Assembly: GCA_965230995.1 (NCBI GenBank)
Contig: OZ246398.1
Location: forward strand, 211,768-275,767
Source of the DNA: an uncultured Candidatus Saccharibacteria bacterium
GTDB taxonomy: Bacteria > Patescibacteriota > Minisyncoccia > Phycocordibacterales > G965230995
Reading direction: 5' to 3'
DNA: 64,000 nt
The translations under genes were made by a program, and so were the position numbers. The notes beneath the pieces were generated by a model, which saw only the letters and a list, made by a program, of their open reading frames with translations, was not told where the DNA came from and did no database searches. Positions 1 through 9,969 of this stretch are shown piece after piece; positions within the stretch are counted from its first letter, which is position 1, and each line of letters begins with the position of its first letter.

Positions 1-41
1 AAAGCTTTGCTTCTTTTTTTCTTTGTATGTTTGTTCTTCAT
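1..41 (-). CDS. N-terminus of a gene running off the window (MKNKHTKKKRSKA...)
   Basis: ATG at 41-39 on the minus strand, open to the window edge. Confidence 0.35.
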   Translation of the reverse strand, partial: MKNKHTKKKRSKA

Positions 42-77
42 ATAATATAGAGTATATACAATTGAAAGAACGAAGAC

Positions 78-110
78 AAAGCAAAAACGGGCGACGCCCG
101 TTTTTGCTTT
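78..110. terminator. Bidirectional intrinsic terminator
   Basis: aaagcaaaaacgggcg-a-cgcccgtttttgcttt inverted repeat with A/T tails. Confidence 0.75.
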
Positions 111-113
111 TAA

Positions 114-287
114 TTACATATCATCCATATCATCAAAAGGATCTGCATCCAAGTCTTCTTCTTCCCCAAGCTCGTCTAGGGAAACAGTCTCGTCGTCACC
201 TTCCTCGAGAAGTTCTGCATCTACTGCACCCTCCTCGGTTTCTTCTTCATCATCGTGGCCAAATGCCTTTAATTCATCGTCACTCAT
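114..287 (-). CDS. Small hyper-acidic protein (57 aa), missing from the ORF track
   Basis: Manual translation MSDDELKAFGHDDEEETEEGAVDAELLEEGDDETVSLDELGEEEDLDADPFDDMDDM; terminator follows directly. Confidence 0.7.
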   Translation of the reverse strand: MSDDELKAFGHDDEEETEEGAVDAELLEEGDDETVSLDELGEEEDLDADPFDDMDDM

Positions 288-404
288 TGTTCTTTTTAAT
301 TTTTACAATGCTAATTGCGAGCTTGAAAATGTCGCTTTCATATTTGTAGCAAATTAATATTTTTTTGCAACCCCTAAAACAGGAGATACAGTTGGGGAAA
401 ACTT

Positions 405-881
405 TTAACCTCGATAATGAGCAAAAAAAGTGAGACCAACAGCAATCGCGTCATATTCGTCATCGTGTTTTATTATTTTGTCTATTTTAATTATCATTGG
501 CAACATTTTAATGATGTGCTCTTTGTCGCTTTTTCCATAACCCGTCGTTGCGACTTTTATCTGTGGCGGTGTGTATTCAAAAATAGGTAATCCGTTTTCT
601 GTTGCTCTAGCAAAAATAACACCTCTTGATTCGGCAACAAGCAGGGCTGTTTTTTGATTTGTATTAAAAAACAGAGATTCTATTGATAAACATTCGGGAG
701 AATATTTTTTTATAATCTCAGATATTCTTTTATCTATTTGGAGAAGTCTCTCTCCGTGCGTGTCTTTTGGTGATGTTTTAAAGCATTCCGAAAAAACGAG
801 ATTTTCTCTTTGACCTTTTTCTTTTTCAATTATTGCAATACCAAGTCTTTCATAACCAGGGTCTATTGAAATTATCCTCAT
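405..881 (-). CDS. ruvC: Holliday junction resolvase RuvC
   Basis: IDPG...G N-terminal motif, E-x-LFF, EYTP-x-QIK, DEYDAIA. Confidence 0.95.
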   Translation of the reverse strand: MRIISIDPGYERLGIAIIEKEKGQRENLVFSECFKTSPKDTHGERLLQIDKRISEIIKKYSPECLSIESLFFNTNQKTALLVAESRGVIFARATENGLPIFEYTPPQIKVATTGYGKSDKEHIIKMLPMIIKIDKIIKHDDEYDAIAVGLTFFAHYRG

Positions 882-939
882 TTATCTATTATATGTCATT
901 TCAATAAAAAATGTTTTATCTGATATAATAGATAAAAAT

Positions 940-3165
940 ATGAGTAATTTGCTAAAACAAATTAATTTTTGGAAATTTTGTCTGCTAGCGTTTAGTTTTT
1001 TTGTATTTTGTTTTGGTTTTTTTCTTGTGCCGACCATTACAAAAGCAGGACAAATTACCTTACCTCCAAACAACCTAGGTCTAGTAGGGTATTGGTCATT
1101 TGAAGATGCTACGGGCACTGTTGCAACTGATTTTTCTGGTAATGGTAATGTTGGAGCACTAACAAATGGACCGTTATGGTCAGCTGGTAAAGCTGGCAAG
1201 GCAATAGATCTAGATGGTACCGATGATTACGTGTCCTTAGGCAGTAATCTCTTAAATGGAGAAGCTGCTATAACAGTAGCAGCTTGGGTTAATATGAATG
1301 CCTTACCTGGACATGAGGGCACGTATTATATCCTGGCAGCAGATGATGGCAGTAGTAGTGGAAGTGAGTCGGTATTTTCAATGGGGGTGGCAACTTATAC
1401 ATCTATAAATTACATTTCTCAAAACTTTCTCGGGGTGAATGCCTTTTTTGGTGTCAGAACAACATCGGGACCAAACGGTGAAAGACCGATTGCTATATCA
1501 GACGCATCTTATGGCGGGGAGTATCTAAATGGTATGGCAATAGTTAATGATCCAGCTGGATTAGAGGCAAATAAATGGGTCCATATAATTGGGACATATG
1601 ATGGTTCAGAGACTAAAATTTATTTTAACGGTGTTCTTGCAGGTTCAAGCACAAATCAACCAGACGGGCAGAATAGGTCTATTACTGGTAATCTAAAATC
1701 TACTAATCAGGAAAGAAGAATCGGTGCGGGAAGTGGAGGTGGATATTATACAGACGGTACTGCAGACGAAGTCCGCATTTACAACCGAGCTCTTTCTGCA
1801 ACTGAAGTCTCTACTCTCTACAATCGCTCAAGCAAAATCCGCACAATACAATCATCACAAAGGAACCTAGTTCCTAATGGTCTAGTAGGCTACTGGTCTT
1901 TTGATGGTTCTGATATATCAGGAACATCAGCATATGACAGATCAGGTAACAACAACACTGGTACATTAACTAATGGCCCAACAGTTGCGATTGGAAAGAT
2001 GGGGCAAGCGATGAATTTTGATGGAAGTGATGATTATGTAGATTGCGGTTCTGGTGCTTCCTTAAATTTAAACACCTCTTTTACATACACAGCCTGGATT
2101 AAACCACAGAACGTTACGGGAGATAAAATGATCATTTCTAAAGGAACAACCGGACAATGGTATGTATATTTTTCTTTAAATGGTAATAAATTATACGTAG
2201 CAACTTATGATGATTCCACTGTTGCAACCCTTGATGGGTTAACAGTTCTTTCAGCGAGTGGATGGTCTCATGTGGTCGTTTCTTATGATGGTTCAAGTTT
2301 AAAACTTTATGTTAATGGTGTGCTGGACAACTCAACATCTTCGTTAATTAACCCATCGACTGGCGGAACTCAATTTACATATATTGGACGTCCAACATAT
2401 ACCAGTGGTTCATATTTTAATGGTTTGATTGACGACACCCGTATCTACAACCGCGCCCTCACCACATCAGAAATCAATCAGCTTTACAAAGCAGGTGAAG
2501 CCAAACTACAAGCCACACAAAACTCCAAATTAACAAACGGTCTTGTAGGTCTCTGGTCATTTGATGGTCCAGACATTTCTGGTACTACAGCGTATGACAG
2601 AAGCGGAAATGCCAACAATGGAACACTTACCAACGGCCCAACAGTTGCAATTGGAAAGATGGGTCAGGCAGTCAACCTCGACGGAAGCAATGACTATATA
2701 AACACATCAGCAACAGGACTAGATTTTAGCACCGGTGATTTCTCTATCAGCTTTTGGAATAAAACTAACGGATCAATAACAAGTATTGCTGAAGCATTAA
2801 GTACCCCAGACGAATCAATTCGTGTGTCATACAACAATGCATGCGTTTCAGATCAGCCTAAGGGGTTGGCAGTTGTGGCTGGTGGACAAATTGGATGTAC
2901 CTCAAACGCTATTGGAACATACACAGATGGAAATTGGCACCTTGGTACAATAGTCAGAACCTCTGGAACAGTTACCTTTTATCACGACGGGGTAAGCATT
3001 CTCTCATTTGCTTCATCTGGTAATGTAAATGCAAACAGCTTTCAACTGGGTAAATATGCTGGGGCAGCACTCAATCATTTTAATGGTTCTCTTGATGATA
3101 CTCGTATTTACAACCGCGCGCTTTCCACAGGTGAAATTCAGATGCTGTATAATATGGGGAGATAA
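940..3165 (+). CDS. Secreted protein with three LamG/concanavalin A-like domains
   Basis: N-terminal hydrophobic segment; three GLVGYWSFDG...DDxRIYNRAL repeats. Confidence 0.9.
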   Translation: MSNLLKQINFWKFCLLAFSFFVFCFGFFLVPTITKAGQITLPPNNLGLVGYWSFEDATGTVATDFSGNGNVGALTNGPLWSAGKAGKAIDLDGTDDYVSLGSNLLNGEAAITVAAWVNMNALPGHEGTYYILAADDGSSSGSESVFSMGVATYTSINYISQNFLGVNAFFGVRTTSGPNGERPIAISDASYGGEYLNGMAIVNDPAGLEANKWVHIIGTYDGSETKIYFNGVLAGSSTNQPDGQNRSITGNLKSTNQERRIGAGSGGGYYTDGTADEVRIYNRALSATEVSTLYNRSSKIRTIQSSQRNLVPNGLVGYWSFDGSDISGTSAYDRSGNNNTGTLTNGPTVAIGKMGQAMNFDGSDDYVDCGSGASLNLNTSFTYTAWIKPQNVTGDKMIISKGTTGQWYVYFSLNGNKLYVATYDDSTVATLDGLTVLSASGWSHVVVSYDGSSLKLYVNGVLDNSTSSLINPSTGGTQFTYIGRPTYTSGSYFNGLIDDTRIYNRALTTSEINQLYKAGEAKLQATQNSKLTNGLVGLWSFDGPDISGTTAYDRSGNANNGTLTNGPTVAIGKMGQAVNLDGSNDYINTSATGLDFSTGDFSISFWNKTNGSITSIAEALSTPDESIRVSYNNACVSDQPKGLAVVAGGQIGCTSNAIGTYTDGNWHLGTIVRTSGTVTFYHDGVSILSFASSGNVNANSFQLGKYAGAALNHFNGSLDDTRIYNRALSTGEIQMLYNMGR

Positions 3166-3193
3166 ACAAAAGCCCCTTGCGGGGCTTTTGTTT
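3164..3193. terminator. Bidirectional terminator between the LamG gene and yebC
   Basis: aaacaaaagcccc-ttgc-ggggcttttgttt. Confidence 0.85.
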
Positions 3194-3726
3194 TATTCAG
3201 CATTTGTGTAAACACCTTGGACATCATCATTTTCTTCGAGTTCGTCTATTAACGCGCCAAGTTTTTCACCGTCTTCTTCGGATATTTTGTTTGGTGTCTG
3301 AGCCGTCCACTCTCTGTTTTCATTTTTAGAAAAAGCCCAAGACGCCGCCCCTGCAGTTGCGAGACTACATCCATTTTTTGATAAAATATGTCGAACCTCT
3401 GCTGCTGTTTTGTTTCTGTTGTCTGTTAGAGCTTCTATTATGATTGCTGTTCCTCCCGGTCCGTAAGCTTCGTAGGTGACTTCTTCCATCTGTGCTCCGC
3501 CTGCTTCGGTAGCTTTTTTGATTGCTCTCTCGATGTTGTCGTTTGGCATATTTACTTCTTTTGCCTTTGCGATAGCCATTCGAAGACCAGGAGAATCAAC
3601 ATTTCCTTTTGCTTTCTTTGCTTCAACAGTAATCAAACGCACTGCTTTTCCAAAGAGTTTACTTTTTTGACCATCAGTTGCTTCTTTCTGTCTCTTTATC
3701 TTTGACCATTTGTTATGACCGGACAT
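3193..3726 (-). CDS. yebC: YebC/PmpR family protein (short form)
   Basis: MSGHNKWSKIK, YEAYGPGG, DDVQGVYTN. Confidence 0.95.
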   Translation of the reverse strand: MSGHNKWSKIKRQKEATDGQKSKLFGKAVRLITVEAKKAKGNVDSPGLRMAIAKAKEVNMPNDNIERAIKKATEAGGAQMEEVTYEAYGPGGTAIIIEALTDNRNKTAAEVRHILSKNGCSLATAGAASWAFSKNENREWTAQTPNKISEEDGEKLGALIDELEENDDVQGVYTNAE

Positions 3727-4024
3727 ATATGCGAGTTTAATAGTAATTAAGAAAATACTACTTCAAACGTTGATGTTTTTCAATACGGTGTTTCTGTATA
3801 AAAATTCTAACGCAAAAAATGTTTGGCAGACAATGTTGACTGACGTTTTATTTATGCGTTCATAAGTAAAAAATACTTTCTAAACAACTTTGTCATTTTT
3901 AATTTTCTTTAGTCATCGTTGTTTAGAAAGGGTTTTTACGTTGCAACAAGATAATGTATAGATAAAAAGAATGGCAAGGTTGTTTAAAAAACCCTTTTGT
4001 TTCACTTTGTTGTTAACAATTGAG

Positions 4025-5020
4025 TTATTTCACCGGGTAATCAATTCCAATATGTGCGTATCCTTTTTCGGTGACGATTCTCCCTCGAGAAGTTCTCTCG
4101 ATTAGACCGAGTTGCAAAAGAAACGGCTCGTGGAATTCTTCTATCGTTGCTTGTTCTTCGGAGAGGGCAGCAGATAGTGTGTTTAGACCAACGGGGCCAC
4201 CTTTGTATTTGTTTACAATAGTTTCAAGCAGAGTCCTGTCGGCAGGAAAAAGACCGATTTCATCTACGCCAAGAAGGTTTAATGCCTCGGCCACTGTTTT
4301 TTTATCAAGAGGTTTTTTGTGAATTTGTGCAAAATCTCGAGCTCTCTTTAAAAAGTTGTTTGCGATTCTCGGTGTGCTTCGACTTCTTCGGGCTATTTCT
4401 TCAACGCCTCCATTGTCTATTGAAACGCCTAATATGCCAGCAGAACGCATTGTGATTCTTCCGATTTCTTCGGGTGTATAAAATTCAAGCTTATAAACAC
4501 CGCCACCAAAACGTGATCGGAGTGGAGAAGATATCATTGAAACTCTGGTAGTTGCGGCAATCAATGTAAATCTAGGCAAATCTAATTGTATTGTTCTCGC
4601 TGATGGGCCTTTACCGATAATAATATCGAGCACTCCCGATTCCATAGCAGGGTAGAGGACTTCTTCGATTGATTTGTTTAATCTGTGTATTTCGTCTATA
4701 AAAAGGATATCACCGGGAGAAAGGTTGGTTAAAATCGAAGCAAGATCACCGACTTTTTCTATTGCTGGGCCAGAAGTAATTTTAATTTGGCTTCCTGTTT
4801 CTTTGGCTATGAGGTGGGCGAGGGTAGTCTTTCCTAAACCTGGTGGACCATAAAATAATATATGTTCTGGGATATGACCGCGCTCTTTGGCTGCATCCAA
4901 AAGAATTTTTAAGTTCTTTTTTATGTTTTCTTGACCGACATAATCGGAAAAACACTCGGGGCGGAGAGCCTGATCGAGGGTTTTGCTATCCTCGTGATTG
5001 TGAAGTGGAGTACTTGACAT
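4025..5020 (-). CDS. ruvB: Holliday junction branch migration helicase RuvB
   Basis: LRP, GPPGLGKTT, FIDEIHRL; alternative ATG at 5029. Confidence 0.97.
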   Translation of the reverse strand: MSSTPLHNHEDSKTLDQALRPECFSDYVGQENIKKNLKILLDAAKERGHIPEHILFYGPPGLGKTTLAHLIAKETGSQIKITSGPAIEKVGDLASILTNLSPGDILFIDEIHRLNKSIEEVLYPAMESGVLDIIIGKGPSARTIQLDLPRFTLIAATTRVSMISSPLRSRFGGGVYKLEFYTPEEIGRITMRSAGILGVSIDNGGVEEIARRSRSTPRIANNFLKRARDFAQIHKKPLDKKTVAEALNLLGVDEIGLFPADRTLLETIVNKYKGGPVGLNTLSAALSEEQATIEEFHEPFLLQLGLIERTSRGRIVTEKGYAHIGIDYPVK

Positions 5021-5042
5021 AAAAATCATTTTGTGCTAACGT
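5014..5042 (+). promoter_or_regulatory. Sigma70-type promoter pointing into the structured intergenic region
   Basis: TTGACA (5014-5019), 17 nt, TG-c-TAACGT (5037-5042). Confidence 0.5.
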
Positions 5043-5048
5043 GTTAAG

Positions 5049-5262
5049 CACAGATAAACGAAGCCGTATTGCGGTTTCGCGGACATTAAATCCAAAATAC
5101 AAATCTCTAAGCTACTGGGCCTCCCGGTCTAACAAGTTTTTTCGCAAGGACGTTCTGGCTTCAAGATTCGTCTTGATTGCGAGAGCTATCCTCAGGGAAA
5201 AACATGACTTTAAAGTACTTTTTAAAGTGTGGCTTAGAGATTTGTGCGTTGGATTTTTTTAA
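5049..5262 (+). ncRNA. Structured ncRNA candidate, 6S RNA-like
   Basis: Long closing stem (about 5088-5115 with 5229-5256), central bubble, internal stem capped by a TTCG loop; G-U pairs favour the + strand. Confidence 0.5.
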
Positions 5263-5277
5263 TCTCTACAATTTCTA

Positions 5278-5286
5278 TTATCCACA
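5278..5286 (+). promoter_or_regulatory. DnaA box
   Basis: Perfect TTATCCACA. Confidence 0.45.
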
Positions 5287-5378
5287 GAGGCTATTATATT
5301 GCAACAAAAAAACGGGGGATAAAGGAGTTTTAAATTCTTTTTATATAGTGTCAAATAGATGTTCTAATATGCTTTAGT

Positions 5379-7061
5379 CTAGTAGTCTGTTTCTAGATCT
5401 ACAACACGTCCAACTTCGTCGAAAGAAGTTTCTCCTCTTAATATTTTTAGGATAGCATCTTGTTTCATATTGAGAATATTTTGTGGTTTTGCTGCGTTCC
5501 AAATTTCTCTTTCACTTGGATAATTCATAACAGTATCTTCGATTGCTTTGTCGCTTAGGATTGCCTCATAGACACCAGTTCTGCCTTTGTAACCTGTGTT
5601 ATTACATTTATCGCAACCGGATGCGATAAAATGTTTTTCTGTTTGAATTCCTTCGAGATAACTTTTGTCGCCGATTGTTCCCAGTATTCTGTCTATAATG
5701 GTTCTTTCGTTTCCTGTAACGGGAACTTCTTTTTTACATTCGCTACATAATTTTCTAACGAGTCTTTGTGCCATACTCACGGTGAGGGCCGATGTGAGGA
5801 CTTTTGGACTGATTCCAAGATCAATTAATCTAGGGTATGTTCCAGCTGCATTGTTTGTGTGCAATGTAGAAAATACTATGTGTCCTGTGAGTGCCGAGTT
5901 TATAGCAATAGAAGCAGTTTCATTGTCTCGAATTTCACCGACCATAATTACGTCGGGGTCTTGTCTCAATGCTGCTTTAAGTCCAGAGGCAAAAGTGTAA
6001 TTCTTGTTTTCGTCAGTCTGTGTCTGGACGATACCTTTCATATGATATTCGATCGGGTTTTCAATCGTAATGATTTTTATTTCCGGATCATATTTTTTCT
6101 TTAGAAAGGCGTATAGGGAAGTGGTTTTTCCAGAACCTGTCGGACCAGTGGTGAGAATCATTCCGTTTGGTTTGTTCATTTCACGGATCAAAATATCAAG
6201 CAATTTTTTGTGTATGCCAAGTTTTTCGAGATCAACAGAAATAGAAGCTGGGTCGAGTACTCTCATTACAACAGAGTCATCATATGTGCTGGGTACGATA
6301 GATGTTCTGATTTCAATTTCTACTTCTCCGATTTTTATAGAAAAACGACCGTCTTGCGCACCTTGGATATTTACTTTCATCCCAGATATGAGCTTTATTC
6401 TTGAAAGTACCAGAGAATATGTTCGCAGATCAAACATCGACATATCTGTGAGTACTCCATCTAGTCTATATCTAAGTCGGACTTGTGTTTCGGTAGGTTC
6501 CAAATGTATATCTGAAGCTTTGAGAGAAAGAGCACCTGCGAGGATGACTTCCATTATCTTTGTGAGGCGATTGCTTTCGGTCGAAGAAACTAATTTTGCT
6601 ATTAGGTTAGTTACATTTACTATTGATTTTATTTCTTCACGGAGCCTGTTTATATTTTCTTCTGAAATAATGATAGAACCAGCAGTCGATGTGGTTGCGT
6701 GTGACAATTCTTCGTATCTGTCCCAGACTCTCTTTAGGCTCTGTTCAGAAACCATATACATTTCGACAACAAAACCTTTTCTTGTCATTTCTTCTTCGAG
6801 CATTTTTACTTCGTCGTTTTGTGGGGCGAGTGCGCCGACAGAAACTCTCTTTCCAACAATATTAAAAGGAGCAACTCTTATTTTTCTCGCTGTTTCTTCG
6901 TCTATTGCCCTCAGAGCGTCTATATTAATAGGAAAGAAAGATAGGTTTACATATGGAATACCAGATTTCTCTGATAAAGCTTTTGCGAGATCCTCGCCCT
7001 CGCGAGATCTTATTTTTGCAAGATCATCATCACGCTTTTTTTCATCGTCAAAATTTGTCAT
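5379..7061 (-). CDS. pilB: Type IV pilus assembly ATPase (PilB/GspE family)
   Basis: ASDIH, GPTGSGKTT, LRQDPD, TGHIVFSTLH, two CxxC motifs; start moved to ATG 7061. Confidence 0.9.
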   Translation of the reverse strand: MTNFDDEKKRDDDLAKIRSREGEDLAKALSEKSGIPYVNLSFFPINIDALRAIDEETARKIRVAPFNIVGKRVSVGALAPQNDEVKMLEEEMTRKGFVVEMYMVSEQSLKRVWDRYEELSHATTSTAGSIIISEENINRLREEIKSIVNVTNLIAKLVSSTESNRLTKIMEVILAGALSLKASDIHLEPTETQVRLRYRLDGVLTDMSMFDLRTYSLVLSRIKLISGMKVNIQGAQDGRFSIKIGEVEIEIRTSIVPSTYDDSVVMRVLDPASISVDLEKLGIHKKLLDILIREMNKPNGMILTTGPTGSGKTTSLYAFLKKKYDPEIKIITIENPIEYHMKGIVQTQTDENKNYTFASGLKAALRQDPDVIMVGEIRDNETASIAINSALTGHIVFSTLHTNNAAGTYPRLIDLGISPKVLTSALTVSMAQRLVRKLCSECKKEVPVTGNERTIIDRILGTIGDKSYLEGIQTEKHFIASGCDKCNNTGYKGRTGVYEAILSDKAIEDTVMNYPSEREIWNAAKPQNILNMKQDAILKILRGETSFDEVGRVVDLETDY

Positions 7062-7136
7062 ATTACATACATAATATACTTTATTTTTTCTACTCACAAA
7101 CTGTCTTTTACCTGTTTTTTTGCTAGTATAGTCTAT

Positions 7137-7589
7137 ATGGAGAAAAGTATGACTTATGAATTAAAAGCGTCAGAAGATATGGCTGTACCCGCCAGAGACT
7201 TGTTTAATTTGATAGAAAAAAGAAAAGGCGAAGCGGTCGTCGTTGCTTTGAAAGGGGATTTGGGAGCTGGAAAAACAACTTTTTCAAAGGAATTTGCAAA
7301 ACTAATTGGTGTAAAAGAAGAAATAGTTAGTCCTACTTTTGTACTGATGAAAATATATGATATGGAAAGCAAAGGTTTCAAAAAATATATTCATATCGAT
7401 GCATATCGTTTTGCAAACGAAAAAGAGCTTTCTTCGCTCGGCTGGGACGATTTGATTTCAGATGAAAGTCATTTGATTTTTATAGAATGGCCGGAGATGG
7501 TTTCTGGTCTAATACCAGATAATGCAATTAGACTTTCGTTTGAACATGGTGAAAGGGAAAACGAGAGAAAACTTTCAATAGAAATATAA
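7137..7589 (+). CDS. tsaE: t6A biosynthesis ATPase TsaE
   Basis: GDLGAGKTT, SPTF, HIDAYR, IEWP. Confidence 0.95.
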   Translation: MEKSMTYELKASEDMAVPARDLFNLIEKRKGEAVVVALKGDLGAGKTTFSKEFAKLIGVKEEIVSPTFVLMKIYDMESKGFKKYIHIDAYRFANEKELSSLGWDDLISDESHLIFIEWPEMVSGLIPDNAIRLSFEHGERENERKLSIEI

Positions 7590-9967
7590 TGAAAAAACAA
7601 GATAAAAAAACACTAGTATTGCTCGACTCACATGCCATATTGCATCGGGCATATCACGCACTGCCAGATTTTTCATCGAGCAAAGGTGAACCAACAGGAG
7701 CGCTCTATGGTGTTTCAACAATGCTTATCAAAATAATCTCTGATCTAAAACCAGATTATATTGTTGCTTGTTTTGACTTGGCTGACAAAACATACAGACA
7801 CGAAGCATACGAAAATTACAAAGCCGGCAGATCAAAAGCGGATGACGAATTGATTACTCAGATAAAAAGGTCGTACGATCTATTTAATGCTTTTGGCATA
7901 CCAATGTATTCGTATTCTGGATTTGAGGCAGACGATATGCTCGGAACGATTGTCGAACAAACCAAAGACAAAGATGATTTGAATATAATTATTGCTTCGG
8001 GTGATATGGATACTCTCCAGTTGGTATCAGGAGACAAGGTAAAAGTTTTTACTTTGAAAAAAGGAATTAAAGACACGATTATCTATAACGAAAAAAACGT
8101 AATAGAGAGATTTGGATTTGGGCCAAAACTAATCCCAGATTACAAAGGTTTGCGAGGTGATCCTTCGGATAATATTATCGGCATAAAAGGAATTGGTGAA
8201 AAAACCGCAACTGATTTGATTGTTAATTTTGGAACGATAGAAAATATTTATAAAACTCTCAAAAAAGACGAGGATGCTTTGCTCAAAAAAGGAATAAAAC
8301 CAAGGATCATTGATCTATTAAAACAAGGGGAAGAAGAGGCTCTGTTTTCAAAAATGCTCGCAACAATCAGGATAGATGCACCTATTGAATTCAAATTACC
8401 AGAAGAAAAATGGGTTGATAATGTGCCTTTTGAAAAAATAAAAGATTTCTTTTTGGAATTAGAATTCAGGACTCTTGCGGATAGACTGAGAATGGCTTTG
8501 GGTGTTGGCGAGACAAAGAGTCTTTTAGGTGAAGAAGTTTTATCCGAAGAAAACATTGATAGTGAAAAATTAATTAGAGCAAAAATCGGACTTTGGGTTT
8601 TGGATTCAAATATTACCGAACCAACCCTAGAAAATATTTTTTCTTTTGCAAAAACAAAGAATTTTGAAAACGCTCTCGTTATCATAGAAAATGAAATAGA
8701 AAAAAGAGGACTGGCTTTTGTTTTTAATAAAATAGAAATTCCGCTTGTGCCTATTGTTGCAAAAATGAAAGATAGAGGAGTCAAGATTGATACTGATGTG
8801 TTAAAAAATCTTTCGAAAGAATATACAAAAGAATTAGAATCACTTGAAAAAAACATTTTTGATTTGTCAGGAAAAGAATTCAATATAAAATCTCCAAAAC
8901 AGCTCGGGGGTATTTTGTATGATGATTTGGGTATAAAACCAAAAAGACAAAAGAAAACTGGTACCGGTCAAAGATCGACTGCAGAAAATGAATTGCAAAA
9001 GATGGCGGACTTACATCCGATCATTAAACCAATACTTGAATACAGGGAACTGCAAAAATTGCTTTCTACATATATAGACAATATTCCAACACAGGTTTCA
9101 GAAGATGGTAGGCTTCGTGCAACATTCCTCCAGACAGGAACAACGACAGGTAGAATGTCTTCGAAGGATCCTAATCTGCAAAATATTCCAATCAAAACAG
9201 AACTTGGAAGACATATAAGAAAAGCTTTTGTTGCTGAAAATGGTTTTTCTCTGGTTGCTTTGGACTATTCCCAAGTTGAGCTTAGAATTGCGGCATTTCT
9301 TTCAGAAGACAAGAGGCTTATCTCTGCTTTTGTGAACGGAGAAGATATTCACAGTGCTGTTGCAAGCGAGGTCTTTGGTGTCCCAATAGAAAAAGTAGAC
9401 AAAGAAATGAGAAGGCGAGCAAAGGTTATAAATTTTGGAATACTTTATGGTATGGGAGTAAATGCCCTTAGGCAGAATCTCGGTGAAAACATAGAAAGAA
9501 GCGAGGCACAACAATTTTATGATACCTATTTTGAAAAATTTTCTGGTCTAGCAAACTACATACAAAAGATAAAAGCAGAGGCCGAGAGGAAAGGGTACAC
9601 AGAAACTGTATTTGGAAGAAGAAGATATTTTGAAGGTTTCAAATCCAAATTACCCTTTATCAGAGCCCAGGCCGAGAGGATGGCGATAAATGCTCCAATA
9701 CAAGGAACGCAGGCTGATTTGATAAAATTATCTATGCTTGGAATTGATGAATATATCTCTTCGAAAATGAAAGACGAAGCTTTTCTAATATTACAAATAC
9801 ACGACGAAGTAATATATGAAGTTTCAAACGAAAAAGTTTCTGATTTTGCAAAACAAGCAAAGAAAATTATGGAAGGGATACTCGTTCCAGAAATGACAAA
9901 GGGAGTGCCAATAATTGCAAATGCGTCTTTCGGTAAAGATTGGGGAGATATGAAAGAAATAAAATAA
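7589..9967 (+). CDS. polA: DNA polymerase I with reduced 3'-5' exonuclease region
   Basis: 5'-3' exonuclease (EADD, SGDMD, GDPSDN) and PolA motifs DYSQVELR, AKVINFGILYG, QIHDE. Confidence 0.97.
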   Translation: MKKQDKKTLVLLDSHAILHRAYHALPDFSSSKGEPTGALYGVSTMLIKIISDLKPDYIVACFDLADKTYRHEAYENYKAGRSKADDELITQIKRSYDLFNAFGIPMYSYSGFEADDMLGTIVEQTKDKDDLNIIIASGDMDTLQLVSGDKVKVFTLKKGIKDTIIYNEKNVIERFGFGPKLIPDYKGLRGDPSDNIIGIKGIGEKTATDLIVNFGTIENIYKTLKKDEDALLKKGIKPRIIDLLKQGEEEALFSKMLATIRIDAPIEFKLPEEKWVDNVPFEKIKDFFLELEFRTLADRLRMALGVGETKSLLGEEVLSEENIDSEKLIRAKIGLWVLDSNITEPTLENIFSFAKTKNFENALVIIENEIEKRGLAFVFNKIEIPLVPIVAKMKDRGVKIDTDVLKNLSKEYTKELESLEKNIFDLSGKEFNIKSPKQLGGILYDDLGIKPKRQKKTGTGQRSTAENELQKMADLHPIIKPILEYRELQKLLSTYIDNIPTQVSEDGRLRATFLQTGTTTGRMSSKDPNLQNIPIKTELGRHIRKAFVAENGFSLVALDYSQVELRIAAFLSEDKRLISAFVNGEDIHSAVASEVFGVPIEKVDKEMRRRAKVINFGILYGMGVNALRQNLGENIERSEAQQFYDTYFEKFSGLANYIQKIKAEAERKGYTETVFGRRRYFEGFKSKLPFIRAQAERMAINAPIQGTQADLIKLSMLGIDEYISSKMKDEAFLILQIHDEVIYEVSNEKVSDFAKQAKKIMEGILVPEMTKGVPIIANASFGKDWGDMKEIK

Positions 9968-9969
9968 AT

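Noticed and set aside
5183-5200. Short resemblance to a large-subunit rRNA segment (GCTATCCTCAGGGAAA)
   Set aside because: Only about 16 nt with no further rRNA similarity; it is part of the local stem.
5278-5322. Replication origin
   Set aside because: Only one perfect and one weak DnaA box, with no dnaA/dnaN nearby.
6070-7074. 334-aa plus-strand ORF
   Set aside because: Antisense shadow of pilB with no recognisable motifs; the same applies to most short overlapping ORFs in the track.
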